This document shows, piece by piece, positions 55,599 to 64,000 of a stretch of DNA of 64,000 nucleotides. A program made the position numbers and the translations under genes. Origin of the DNA: Chitinophagales bacterium (GTDB lineage Bacteria; Bacteroidota; Bacteroidia; Chitinophagales; UBA8649); assembly GCA_049890075.1 (NCBI GenBank), contig JBMHCE010000040.1:17412-81411 (forward strand), in the 5' to 3' direction. The stretch's first letter is position 1; each line of letters starts with the position of its first letter. The notes beneath the pieces are model-generated. The model ran no database searches, was not told the origin of the DNA, and worked only from the letters and a program-made list of their open reading frames with translations.

Positions 55599-57026
55599 AT
55601 GAATCGACGAGACGCACTTAAACTTTCTTCTCTTGGGATCACTTCCCTACTCTTGGCTCAGCATCCAATGGCCAACATGCTAAATCTCAGTCCCTTATCA
55701 TTGAGGCAACAGTTTGGCCCTGACTTCAAATTTGGTGTGGCCACCGCTGCCTACCAGATAGAAGGTGCATGGAATATTGACGGAAAGGGACCTTCCATTT
55801 GGGATACGTTTTCACACAAGAAGGGCAAAATCCTCCATGGGGATAATGGGGATGTGTCCTGCGACTTTTATCATAACTATTCGCAAGATTTAGTCATACT
55901 ACAGTCCATGAATATGGATGTCTTTCGCTTTTCAACGGCTTGGTCAAGGATTATGCCCGAAGGCCGGGGGGGGCTCAATACAAAAGGCATTGACTTTTAT
56001 CATCGTGTCATTGATCGATGCTTAGAATTAGGTATTGAACCCTGGCTTACATGCTATCATTGGGACTTACCTCAAGCCCTTCAAGATGAAGGCGGCTGGT
56101 TTAATCGGGATTGTATTGCTTGGTTTTGTGATTACGTTGAAGTTCTCGCCAAACATTATGGAGATAAAGTGAAGCACTGGATGGTGTTTAACGAACCCAT
56201 GGCCTTTACTGGTCTTGGCTATATGAGTGGTGGACATGCACCGGGAATTCGAAGCTTCAAGCAGTTTAAGGCAGCCGTTCATCATGTCACCGTAGCCCAA
56301 GGCGAAGGAGGAAGAATTCTTAAAGAGCTTCTTCCCGACGCAAGCATTGGCACTACCTTTTCGTGTACCGCAGTAGAACCCAAATCCAATGCACCAAGAC
56401 ACCGAAAGGCGGCAAAAAAAGCGGATGCCTTGTTTAACAGGCTCTTTATCGAACCCGCTATGGGCATGGGCTACCCTATCGAAGACCTATCCATGATTCA
56501 AGGTATTGAGCGATGGATTCAAGATGGCGATATGGAGCGTGCAGCCTTTGATTTCGATTTTATTGGGCTTCAAAACTATTTTCGAAGTGTTGCTCGATTC
56601 TCATTTTGGCCCCCTGTCTTTTGGGCTAACTTGGTCAAAGCCCATAAACTCACCGAAGAAGAAAACATCACGGAAATGGGATGGGAAGTTTCGCCCGAAG
56701 GAATGTATCGTGTGCTCAAACAATTTGGAGATTACGGCAAACGAATCATAGTCACAGAAAACGGCGCAGCCTTTGAAGATCAAGTTGAGGGGGACTTCGT
56801 GCACGACGCGCGACGCCTTGATTTTTACAAGCAATACATAGGCGAAGTGCTTCGCGCAAAGCAAGAAGGGATTCCTATTGATGGTTACTTTGCTTGGACC
56901 TTTTTAGACAACTTCGAATGGGCCGAAGGGTATCACCCAAGGTTTGGCATTGTGCACGTTGACTTTGAGACCCAAGAGCGCCGTATAAAAGACTCAGGGC
57001 TATGGTTTAGAGAACAGCTGCGCTAA
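55599..57026 (+). CDS. GH1 beta-glucosidase with a twin-arginine-type signal peptide
   Basis: Contains MNRRDALKLSSLGITSLLLAQ, then FKFGVATAAYQIEGAW, VFNEP (acid/base) and VTENGAAF (nucleophile). Confidence 0.93.
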   Translation: MNRRDALKLSSLGITSLLLAQHPMANMLNLSPLSLRQQFGPDFKFGVATAAYQIEGAWNIDGKGPSIWDTFSHKKGKILHGDNGDVSCDFYHNYSQDLVILQSMNMDVFRFSTAWSRIMPEGRGGLNTKGIDFYHRVIDRCLELGIEPWLTCYHWDLPQALQDEGGWFNRDCIAWFCDYVEVLAKHYGDKVKHWMVFNEPMAFTGLGYMSGGHAPGIRSFKQFKAAVHHVTVAQGEGGRILKELLPDASIGTTFSCTAVEPKSNAPRHRKAAKKADALFNRLFIEPAMGMGYPIEDLSMIQGIERWIQDGDMERAAFDFDFIGLQNYFRSVARFSFWPPVFWANLVKAHKLTEEENITEMGWEVSPEGMYRVLKQFGDYGKRIIVTENGAAFEDQVEGDFVHDARRLDFYKQYIGEVLRAKQEGIPIDGYFAWTFLDNFEWAEGYHPRFGIVHVDFETQERRIKDSGLWFREQLR

Positions 57027-57664
57027 GCCCTTGTCACCTCTTGCACAACTTCGCCCATAGGCAAATACACCCGAACCTTGCGCTTAGGACGCAATACCTT
57101 CATGCCGGCAAGGAGGGTGAATGCGGGTAAAATCATTTGGTCTTCTTCTACATAAAAACAGGGAAACTTAAGCCTTTGCTTAGCCTTGCCGCGCATAATG
57201 ATGCCCGGATGAATATGGCCACATAGCACGCCAAGTCCATTGGCATCTTCCACCGGTTCGTGATTAAACAACAATCCTTCTTCTTGGATAAATGGCACGA
57301 CTTCTATTCCTGCCTTGGTATAATCCCTGCGATACAGTATATCATGATTGCCTTGAATCAATACAAACTTGATATCGGAATAGGACAATATGAAATTGGA
57401 AAAACTCTGCCATGCCGTATTGTATTCTGAATGAAAAAGGTCGCCTAAAAAGTAAACCATGGAGGGTCTATACTTTTCGAGTAGTCGTTTAAGTCGAAGT
57501 AGATCTCTTTTATGCGTCTCCTCTGTGAGCGCAATACCCGCGCGTTGGAAATGAGCCGAACGACCAAAATGCAAGTCGCCAAGAATGAGGGTGTCACGAA
57601 GAGGCCAGTAGAGTGCTCGCTCACCATCTAGAGTCCAATTGTGATTGTGCCAAGTAATCGTCAT
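57023..57664 (-). CDS. pdeM: Ligase-associated DNA damage response metallophosphoesterase PdeM
   Basis: Contains RALYWPLRDTLILGDLHFGRSAHFQRAGI, YFLGDLFH, QGNHD and CGHIHPG. There is an ATGA overlap with the upstream helicase gene. Confidence 0.85.
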   Translation of the reverse strand: MTITWHNHNWTLDGERALYWPLRDTLILGDLHFGRSAHFQRAGIALTEETHKRDLLRLKRLLEKYRPSMVYFLGDLFHSEYNTAWQSFSNFILSYSDIKFVLIQGNHDILYRRDYTKAGIEVVPFIQEEGLLFNHEPVEDANGLGVLCGHIHPGIIMRGKAKQRLKFPCFYVEEDQMILPAFTLLAGMKVLRPKRKVRVYLPMGEVVQEVTRA

Positions 57665-60111
57665 CCTTTGAGTATTTCTAATTCCATTCGACGTATTCTA
57701 TCCTCAACGCTTTCCGTCGAAAACTTCTCTCGAATGCGCTCTGCCAATAGGGGAAGAGCAAAAGGACTCGGCTTGTATGTATTTACCATGCAGATATCCA
57801 TGGATTGAATGCGCTCTAAGGTATCGCGAAGACGCCCCTCTTCTAGTTTGCGCTCCATTACTTCATGTAAGGCTTGACGAAACAGTAAGTTACTCGGCTC
57901 ATAGGTCTCAAACACATTGTAAAAGAGTTGGGAAGTGGCTTGGATGTGGCGGTCTTTCTTGGGTTTCCCTGGAAAGCCTGTAAACACTAGACCTGCAATT
58001 GCTGCAATATCCCTAAACTGCCGACGTGTCATTTGCGAAGCATTCATAGTGGTGTTGAGCGCTTCGTGGACTTCCTCTGGGGCAAAGAGTTCTTGCGAAA
58101 AAAGTGTCTCAACATCCAAGGATTGGTCAGTAAGCAATTCAAAGCCATAGTCATTCATACCAATGCTAAAGGTTATCGGCCGAATTTGGGCAATTCTATG
58201 GGCTATAATTCCCGCCATACCTTCATGAACATTTCGCCCCTCAAATGGATAACACAAGATATGCAAGCCTTCCTGGTCTTCAAAGTATTCAATGAGTAAT
58301 TCATTCTCTTGGGGAATCATCGAGTGCTTGCGTTGATGATCAAAAATTGGCTTCATCTGAATGAGTTCCTCGTCGGTAAAAAGATCTTGATTGGCCGCTT
58401 CATGTAGCTTGCGCAATAGCATCTTACTCATTTGAGAGGACAGGGGCATACGCCCTCCAGCCCAAGCAGGTGTTTTGCCTGTCTTGCGCTTAGTGTTTTT
58501 TACAAATACTGTATTGTCGTGAATGCTTACCAACTGCAGCGGTCGACCAGCAAACCAAAACACATCACCTTCCTTGATCCCTGAGATAAAATATTCTTCT
58601 ACCGTTCCAATACTCCTTCCCCCCTTAAACTTTACCCATAAGACGGGATCACTAACAATGGTGCCCATCGATAACCGATGACGCATAGCAATACGACGCG
58701 ATTTGACGATATACCGACCGTCATCATCAATTTCAACTTTACGAAAGTCCGGATACTCTTGTAAGGACCCCCCGCCATCGCAGATAAAGCGTAGACACCA
58801 CCGCCACTCCTCTTCGTTGATTTGAGCATAGCAATGGGTTTTGGCTATGGCTTGATAGACTTCCTTTGGAAAAAAGCCATCACCCACTGCAAGCGTTACA
58901 AGAAACTGGACTAGAACATCAAAGCTCTGAATAAAAGGAAGTCTAGATTCAAGACTGTTTTCTGCAATCGCCTGACGAAGTGCACTTCCCTCAATCATTT
59001 CTATGGCATGCGTAGGAACAAAATAAATGGTGCTAGTAGCTCCAGGACTATGACCACTGCGACCAGCCCGTTGCATAAATCGTGAAACCCCTTTAGGCCC
59101 ACCAATTTGTACAATGGATTCCACCGGGCGAAAGTCTACCCCTAGATCTAGGCTTGAGGTACAAACGACTACTTTGAGTTTTCCCTCATACAATCCGCCT
59201 TCGACCCACGATCGCAACTCCTTATCAAGGGAGCCATGGTGCATGGCAATTAGCCCAATGAGGTTCGGATCAAAATCAATGAGCTTTTGATACCACATCT
59301 CGCATTGATTGCGTGTATTGGTAAAGACCAAGGTAGACTGACTTTGGTGTATGATATTGGCTACAGCCTCGACTTGATGTACTCCCAAATGTCCTGCCAA
59401 AGGAAGAGAGGCCACGTCACTTGGAATAATTGTCTTAACCTCAATTGACTTATGAATATCAGCTCGAATGAGTTCACCACGGTTGGCATTATCTCCTAGC
59501 AGCACCGACAAAGCCGTTTCCATATTGCCAATGGTAGCCGATATACCCCATATGCGTAATCCATTGATACGATGCCTTAGCAAGGCAAGGGCCAACTCCA
59601 TTTGTACACCACGCTTACTTCCAAGAAGCTCGTGCCACTCATCAACGATTACTGCTTGAAGCCGCTTAAACCGCTCGTCAAACCCTTTACGGGCAAGCAA
59701 AAGATGAAGGCTCTCAGGAGTTGTAATCAAGAGGTCAGGCGGTGATTTATCTTGTTTTTGTCGCTCACTGGTCGACGTATCTCCATTGCGAATGCCTACA
59801 GAAAGTCCTAATGATAGACCTTGGATGGCGCGCTCTGCGGAAAGCTTGATTTCTTTAGCCAACGCTCGAATCGGAGTAATCCATATGACCTTTACACCCT
59901 TTTTTTTATCCAAATCGGCCTGCAGCAGGGCTGGTAAAAGCAAGGAGTATGTCTTGCCACTACCCGTGGGAGCATTAACAATCCCGTTACTACCGTCCGT
60001 ATAGGCCTGCCATCCTTGCACTTGAAATGCAAATGCCTTCCACTGCATAGATTGAAACCAGCCTTGTAGGACTTGAATCTCTAGGTTATTATGCTTTGTG
60101 TTGTTGCTCAC
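57661..60111 (-). CDS. lhr: Ligase-associated DNA damage response DExH-box helicase (Lhr-core type)
   Basis: Contains NAPTGSGKTY, VIVDEWHELLGSKRG (DEWH), TSSLDLGVDF and QRAGRSGH. It is ~816 aa with the long C-terminal winged-helix/beta-barrel part typical of Lhr-core. GTG start at 60111. Confidence 0.88.
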   Translation of the reverse strand: MSNNTKHNNLEIQVLQGWFQSMQWKAFAFQVQGWQAYTDGSNGIVNAPTGSGKTYSLLLPALLQADLDKKKGVKVIWITPIRALAKEIKLSAERAIQGLSLGLSVGIRNGDTSTSERQKQDKSPPDLLITTPESLHLLLARKGFDERFKRLQAVIVDEWHELLGSKRGVQMELALALLRHRINGLRIWGISATIGNMETALSVLLGDNANRGELIRADIHKSIEVKTIIPSDVASLPLAGHLGVHQVEAVANIIHQSQSTLVFTNTRNQCEMWYQKLIDFDPNLIGLIAMHHGSLDKELRSWVEGGLYEGKLKVVVCTSSLDLGVDFRPVESIVQIGGPKGVSRFMQRAGRSGHSPGATSTIYFVPTHAIEMIEGSALRQAIAENSLESRLPFIQSFDVLVQFLVTLAVGDGFFPKEVYQAIAKTHCYAQINEEEWRWCLRFICDGGGSLQEYPDFRKVEIDDDGRYIVKSRRIAMRHRLSMGTIVSDPVLWVKFKGGRSIGTVEEYFISGIKEGDVFWFAGRPLQLVSIHDNTVFVKNTKRKTGKTPAWAGGRMPLSSQMSKMLLRKLHEAANQDLFTDEELIQMKPIFDHQRKHSMIPQENELLIEYFEDQEGLHILCYPFEGRNVHEGMAGIIAHRIAQIRPITFSIGMNDYGFELLTDQSLDVETLFSQELFAPEEVHEALNTTMNASQMTRRQFRDIAAIAGLVFTGFPGKPKKDRHIQATSQLFYNVFETYEPSNLLFRQALHEVMERKLEEGRLRDTLERIQSMDICMVNTYKPSPFALPLLAERIREKFSTESVEDRIRRMELEILKG

Positions 60112-61729
60112 CCTTTATGGTAACCTCAAAGCTTGGTTTTTGTTGAGCATTTTGGTCAAAACCTGGTATTGTGGACGCGTTGCCATCCCTCATTGCTCGA
60201 TAATGGGGCGACATGATCTCAATATCCCTCTCCTTACAAACGTCTAGAATATGACCATGGAGAGATGATTGAATATCCGCTTGTAGATTAGCATTCGCCG
60301 TGTACGCATTAATTTGATACGAAACATAGAAATCATCTAAGCTAGTTCTTAAGACAAATGGGCTAGGGCTATCGAGAAGGTGTTGAGTGCGCTTTGCCGA
60401 TTCAATTAGAGCCGATTCAATCTCTGTTTGCTCTATATCATAACCAATAGTTACGGTAGAATGAACGATTAATCCTCGCTCAGCCTCTTCTGCGCTGTAG
60501 TTTACCGTAGCATTTTGCAATACCATGGCGTTGGGAATGGTCACTACTTCGTTTTTAATCGTCCGAACTCTCGTAATCAACAGTGTCTTCTCCATGATAT
60601 CCCCAATGGTGTCGCCAATCTTTATTCGATGACCGACTTGAAATGGCCTCATGTACGTTATGACTAAACCCGCCATGACATTGGCAATTGCCGAAGAAGA
60701 GCCTAAAGAAACGAGCACTCCTAAGAAGATGCTAATTCCCTGAAATGCTGTACTATCCGAACCTGGCAGATAGGGAAAAATAAGGACAGCCAGAAAAATG
60801 TATAGGACAAAAATGATTAATGAGCTTGTCGGCATAGCCCAATCTTTGTAAAAGCCAGGAATCTTTAAGTGCTCATCTTTGATTTCTTGAAAGAAGAATT
60901 TCACCGCCTTTCGAAGCTGAATAAACACCCATATAGCAAGAACAATAATGGCTAGATTGGGCAAGTAGTTCCAAAAACTACGGAAGCCTTTAGCTACAGG
61001 TTGTTTTACAAGATTAAAAAGCCCTTCCGCCAAATAACGAGAGCTTGGAAAAATTTGAAAAAGCAGGGTGAGCATGGCATACAAGAACGCCATTAACACC
61101 AAGGCCCGCAACACAAGCGCTCCTCGAATCAATGCTCCATGAAGCTGTGCAATCGATAAAAAGGTGTAATCAAAGTAACGCACCTCCCGCAAAAAACCCG
61201 GGGCTCGATTACGAAGACGGTCAATATATCCACCAAGCCAAGAACGTAATCGACGAAATCCCACACTTCCTGCAAATAAGAGCAGCAGCGTAAGACCAAT
61301 ACGCTTTACCCAGTCAAGCCAGCCGTCAACTGTACTCTCCTCTCGTATCTTTTGTAAAGAGAGATTAGCTTCAGCGGAAGGTTCCTCATCTATTGCTGCG
61401 TTTTCCTCATTGCCTTCTTCTTCAATAATTGAAAAGGGAAGCCCATGACTCAACAGGTCATTTTGTTGCAGTATAATGTTCTCTAAAGAGTCAATAACAT
61501 GCTGCGTGCGCAAAGCGGCTATAGTGGCCTCAAGGGAATCACTGACTGCTTGCCATTCTTGATGTGTCAGAGTATCAGGCGCTTCGGTAAGAGCTGACAT
61601 GTCGGTTGACCTATCAAGTCTTAGGGTGTCTAACGGTTCTTCTAAGCTGTCTTGATTTTGAGACCAACCAAGCAATGCAGTCCCTAGCATGATACACGCT
61701 ATCCATCCTGTGCGTAAAAGCCCTTTCAT
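60089..61729 (-). CDS. MscS-family mechanosensitive channel with a long N-terminal periplasmic/TM extension
   Basis: It has a signal, multiple TM segments, and an MscS core reading AIANVMAGLVITYMRPFQVGHRIKIGDTIGDIMEKTLLITRVRTIKNEVVTIPNAMV. Confidence 0.85.
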   Translation of the reverse strand: MKGLLRTGWIACIMLGTALLGWSQNQDSLEEPLDTLRLDRSTDMSALTEAPDTLTHQEWQAVSDSLEATIAALRTQHVIDSLENIILQQNDLLSHGLPFSIIEEEGNEENAAIDEEPSAEANLSLQKIREESTVDGWLDWVKRIGLTLLLLFAGSVGFRRLRSWLGGYIDRLRNRAPGFLREVRYFDYTFLSIAQLHGALIRGALVLRALVLMAFLYAMLTLLFQIFPSSRYLAEGLFNLVKQPVAKGFRSFWNYLPNLAIIVLAIWVFIQLRKAVKFFFQEIKDEHLKIPGFYKDWAMPTSSLIIFVLYIFLAVLIFPYLPGSDSTAFQGISIFLGVLVSLGSSSAIANVMAGLVITYMRPFQVGHRIKIGDTIGDIMEKTLLITRVRTIKNEVVTIPNAMVLQNATVNYSAEEAERGLIVHSTVTIGYDIEQTEIESALIESAKRTQHLLDSPSPFVLRTSLDDFYVSYQINAYTANANLQADIQSSLHGHILDVCKERDIEIMSPHYRAMRDGNASTIPGFDQNAQQKPSFEVTIKGEQQHKA

Positions 61730-61761
61730 GCTACGAATCTAGTCAATCGCCCCAATCTCAA

Positions 61762-64000
61762 TCAATCTTTAACCTGCGGGGCCCCTAATTCCTCAAGCTG
61801 GAGACTTAAGCCACCAAGGAACTCTTGAAAGGCGATATAATCATTGTTTAACTTATCATATATAGCCTGAGCATTTTCTAAGCTCTGCAGGTGATTGGCT
61901 GTTGGACCATAGGTCGAACGACGTGCGCCACTTGCTGACCATAGATAGGTCCACAACGTAGGGTACTCTGTTTTTTCTCCGACTTCATCTCGTGATGACG
62001 ATCCATTGAGTGCAAACTGTAAATCAAAAGCTTCTGTTCGCGCCTGAAGAAGAGCATTGTGTAAGTCCTCGTCAAGTGTCGGTGCTCGATAGTAAGCCTC
62101 AAGCATTACCTCTACTTCAGTCACGCTTTCTTCGATATCATTGGACAAGGCATAACAACGAGTTGCTAATGCGTGCATAGTCTCCCAATGATTAACCGCA
62201 GCCTCCATAGAATTCCCCTCCAGCGCTCCTTGGCCATGCTGAGCAACCTCAAAAGAGACCGATTCAGAAATCGAAGTAAAGCGTCCATCCACTTGCTTAA
62301 AGAGCTCCGCTGAATAGTTTCCTGGACCAACCTTTGGTCCATAGCCGTCCTGTGCCATATTTTCTGCTGTAATGCGACGCTGTGAATTGGCAGAATAGTC
62401 CCAAGTCACTCGATGAATCCCCTTGGCGTTTGTCGCCTTGACTTTACGGATAATTTCTCCTGCCTCATTGTATACAAAGAGCCATACGGCAGGATCCATG
62501 GATTGTAATTCTTCGTCAAGAACATCATAAGCCGGTGCGGCAACCTCACCACCATCGGCTTCTATTTCTCCCTCTTGCTTTAGACGCTCTCCCGATAAAG
62601 ACATATAATTCTCCTTTAAGAAGTAGGTGAACGTGACTCCATAAGGTGGATTGTCTGCTAAGAAAAAGTTGTCTCCTTGAGAAGCTTTACCTCCCCAGCC
62701 CAATACTCTTTTGGGAAAGTACCACATACCCTTCTGAGGCGTAAAGAGCTTGGCCTCCTCTGAATAATCCTCCTCGAAGACTTCCGTAGTGCGAAGAGAT
62801 GAGTAATCATCTAACACATAGATTCCTCGCCCAAACGTAGCTAAGACAAGATCTTCTTCTCGACGTTGTATCGTAAGATCGCGAACAGAGATATTAGGCA
62901 TACCTCCTGTCATCTTCGACCATACCTTGCCACCATCCTGACTCACATAAACACCAAATTCACTACCTAAAAACATGAGGTTTGGGTCCTTAAAGTCCTG
63001 AACCACACGCCACAACAAGGTCCGCTCTGGCAGATTACTTGCAATACTTGTCCAGGACTTACCCTTATCGCTCGACTTGTAGATGTAGGGATTATAATCG
63101 CCATACTTGTGGTTATCGAAGACCGCATAGACCACATTTTCATTGTATAAATCCGCCTTGATATCATTGACAAATGCCGTACTTGGTAAACCTCGAATTG
63201 AGGCGAAATCTACTTTGCCCCATGTTGTGCCCCCGTCTTCGGTTACTTGGATAATACCATCATCTGTTCCTGCATAGATAAGGCCTTCACGCACTGGGGA
63301 TTCCGATAAAGAAGTAATGGTACTGTAATTCGACATAGCATAGACATCCCATGGATTATCCCATTTTTGCTTGCTTCCATAGTACGGCAATTCAATACGG
63401 TTGACATCATTTGTTAAGTCGGGTGATATAGCCTCCCAAGAATCCCCTCGGTCCTCAGACTTCCACACGCGTTGTGAAGCAAAGTATAAGCGGCTTGGTT
63501 TATGGGGACTGACTAAAATCGGCGCATCCCAATTAAAACGCTCACTTACTTCGCCAAGCGCTGCTTGAGGCTTGATGTCGATGTTTTCTCCCGTAAGCCG
63601 GTCGTGGCGATTAAGGTTGCCTTCCTGCCATTGCGCATAAACAATATTGGGGTTACCAGGTTCTGTGGCGGGCTGGTGGCCATCACCCCCTAGCACAACA
63701 AACCAATCGGAGTTTCGGATACCGTGGACGTTATCGGTTTGGGAAATGACTCCTTGGGTGTTGTTATCTTGCGTTCCTCCATAGATGTAGTAAAATGGCT
63801 CTGCATCATCTACGGCTAACTTATAAAACTGAGTCACGGGTAAATTATCGACAAACTTCCAGTTTTTTGTGCGATCAAAACTTTCATATAGCCCGCCATC
63901 ACATCCTACGAGGATGTAATTGGGATCTTCTTTTTTAAAGGCTACCGCATGGTTATCGACGTGCTTTTCATTTTCATTCATACGAACAAAGGTTTTCCCT
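61762..64000 (-). CDS. BNR/Asp-box repeat (sortilin/VPS10-like) beta-propeller protein, 5' end outside the window
   Basis: It has repeated SxDxGxxW boxes (SFDRTKNW, SEDRGDSW, TEDGGTTW, SSDKGKSW, SQDGGKVW). The reading frame stays open upstream of the M at 63981 to nt 64000 (..GKTFVRMNENEKHVDNHAVAF), so the true start lies beyond the window. Confidence 0.8.
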   Translation of the reverse strand, partial: GKTFVRMNENEKHVDNHAVAFKKEDPNYILVGCDGGLYESFDRTKNWKFVDNLPVTQFYKLAVDDAEPFYYIYGGTQDNNTQGVISQTDNVHGIRNSDWFVVLGGDGHQPATEPGNPNIVYAQWQEGNLNRHDRLTGENIDIKPQAALGEVSERFNWDAPILVSPHKPSRLYFASQRVWKSEDRGDSWEAISPDLTNDVNRIELPYYGSKQKWDNPWDVYAMSNYSTITSLSESPVREGLIYAGTDDGIIQVTEDGGTTWGKVDFASIRGLPSTAFVNDIKADLYNENVVYAVFDNHKYGDYNPYIYKSSDKGKSWTSIASNLPERTLLWRVVQDFKDPNLMFLGSEFGVYVSQDGGKVWSKMTGGMPNISVRDLTIQRREEDLVLATFGRGIYVLDDYSSLRTTEVFEEDYSEEAKLFTPQKGMWYFPKRVLGWGGKASQGDNFFLADNPPYGVTFTYFLKENYMSLSGERLKQEGEIEADGGEVAAPAYDVLDEELQSMDPAVWLFVYNEAGEIIRKVKATNAKGIHRVTWDYSANSQRRITAENMAQDGYGPKVGPGNYSAELFKQVDGRFTSISESVSFEVAQHGQGALEGNSMEAAVNHWETMHALATRCYALSNDIEESVTEVEVMLEAYYRAPTLDEDLHNALLQARTEAFDLQFALNGSSSRDEVGEKTEYPTLWTYLWSASGARRSTYGPTANHLQSLENAQAIYDKLNNDYIAFQEFLGGLSLQLEELGAPQVKD

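Noticed and set aside
1-64000. I looked for CRISPR arrays, IS elements/transposases, integrases, phage genes, tRNA/rRNA/tmRNA genes and defence-system hallmarks across the whole window.
   Set aside because: Every stretch longer than ~130 bp, except 53905-54107, is occupied by a confidently assigned CDS. I saw no direct-repeat/spacer periodicity, terminal inverted repeats, DDE/tyrosine-recombinase motifs or tRNA-like T-loop sequences in non-coding DNA. I conclude none are present.

Overview
This 64-kb window is an almost gap-free (over 95% coding by eye) stretch of a Bacteroidota chromosome. Supporting that origin: both type-A and type-B T9SS C-terminal sorting domains, a PorP/SprF gene, the long Bacteroidetes-type PurF, no Shine-Dalgarno sequences before start codons, and a few TAnnTTTG-like -7 boxes. 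I call 48 CDS, two of them truncated by the window edges. I see no rRNA, tRNA, CRISPR, IS/transposase, integrase or phage genes, and there is no non-coding gap large enough to hide one. Most of the content is housekeeping. It includes an ABC-F ATPase, nfu, purF, htpG and a UvrD-type helicase-nuclease. It also has an Opp/Dpp-like importer, the methylmalonyl-CoA mutase cluster (meaB, mutB and a short mutA-like gene), a crotonase, fumC and purD. A long co-directional run follows from secA through cysC, cysD and cysN, a rhodanese, DAHP synthase/chorismate mutase and hutU. The remaining genes include clpP, dgkA, prfA, a GH1 glucosidase, the lhr-core/pdeM pair, an MscS channel and a BNR/sortilin-like protein. 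The accessory-looking content is limited to two large T9SS-secreted surface proteins. I do not see a defence island, toxin-antitoxin pair, biosynthetic cluster or mobile element, so I cannot honestly nominate a clear new system. The most unusual items are: (1) an SBP plus two-permease importer whose permeases carry very large insertions and which has no ATPase gene; (2) a type-B T9SS cargo / PorP-SprF / TPR-PD40 triad whose third member lacks an OmpA domain; (3) a 468-bp near-identical in-frame tandem duplication inside the type-A T9SS cargo gene; (4) an Lhr-core/PdeM pair without the ligase and exonuclease partners; (5) a ClpP paralogue with a non-canonical N-terminus, in an operon with an O-methyltransferase; (6) a DoxX-like::PlsC acyltransferase fusion at the left edge. 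All family calls rest on motifs I read in the translations. No database search was run.
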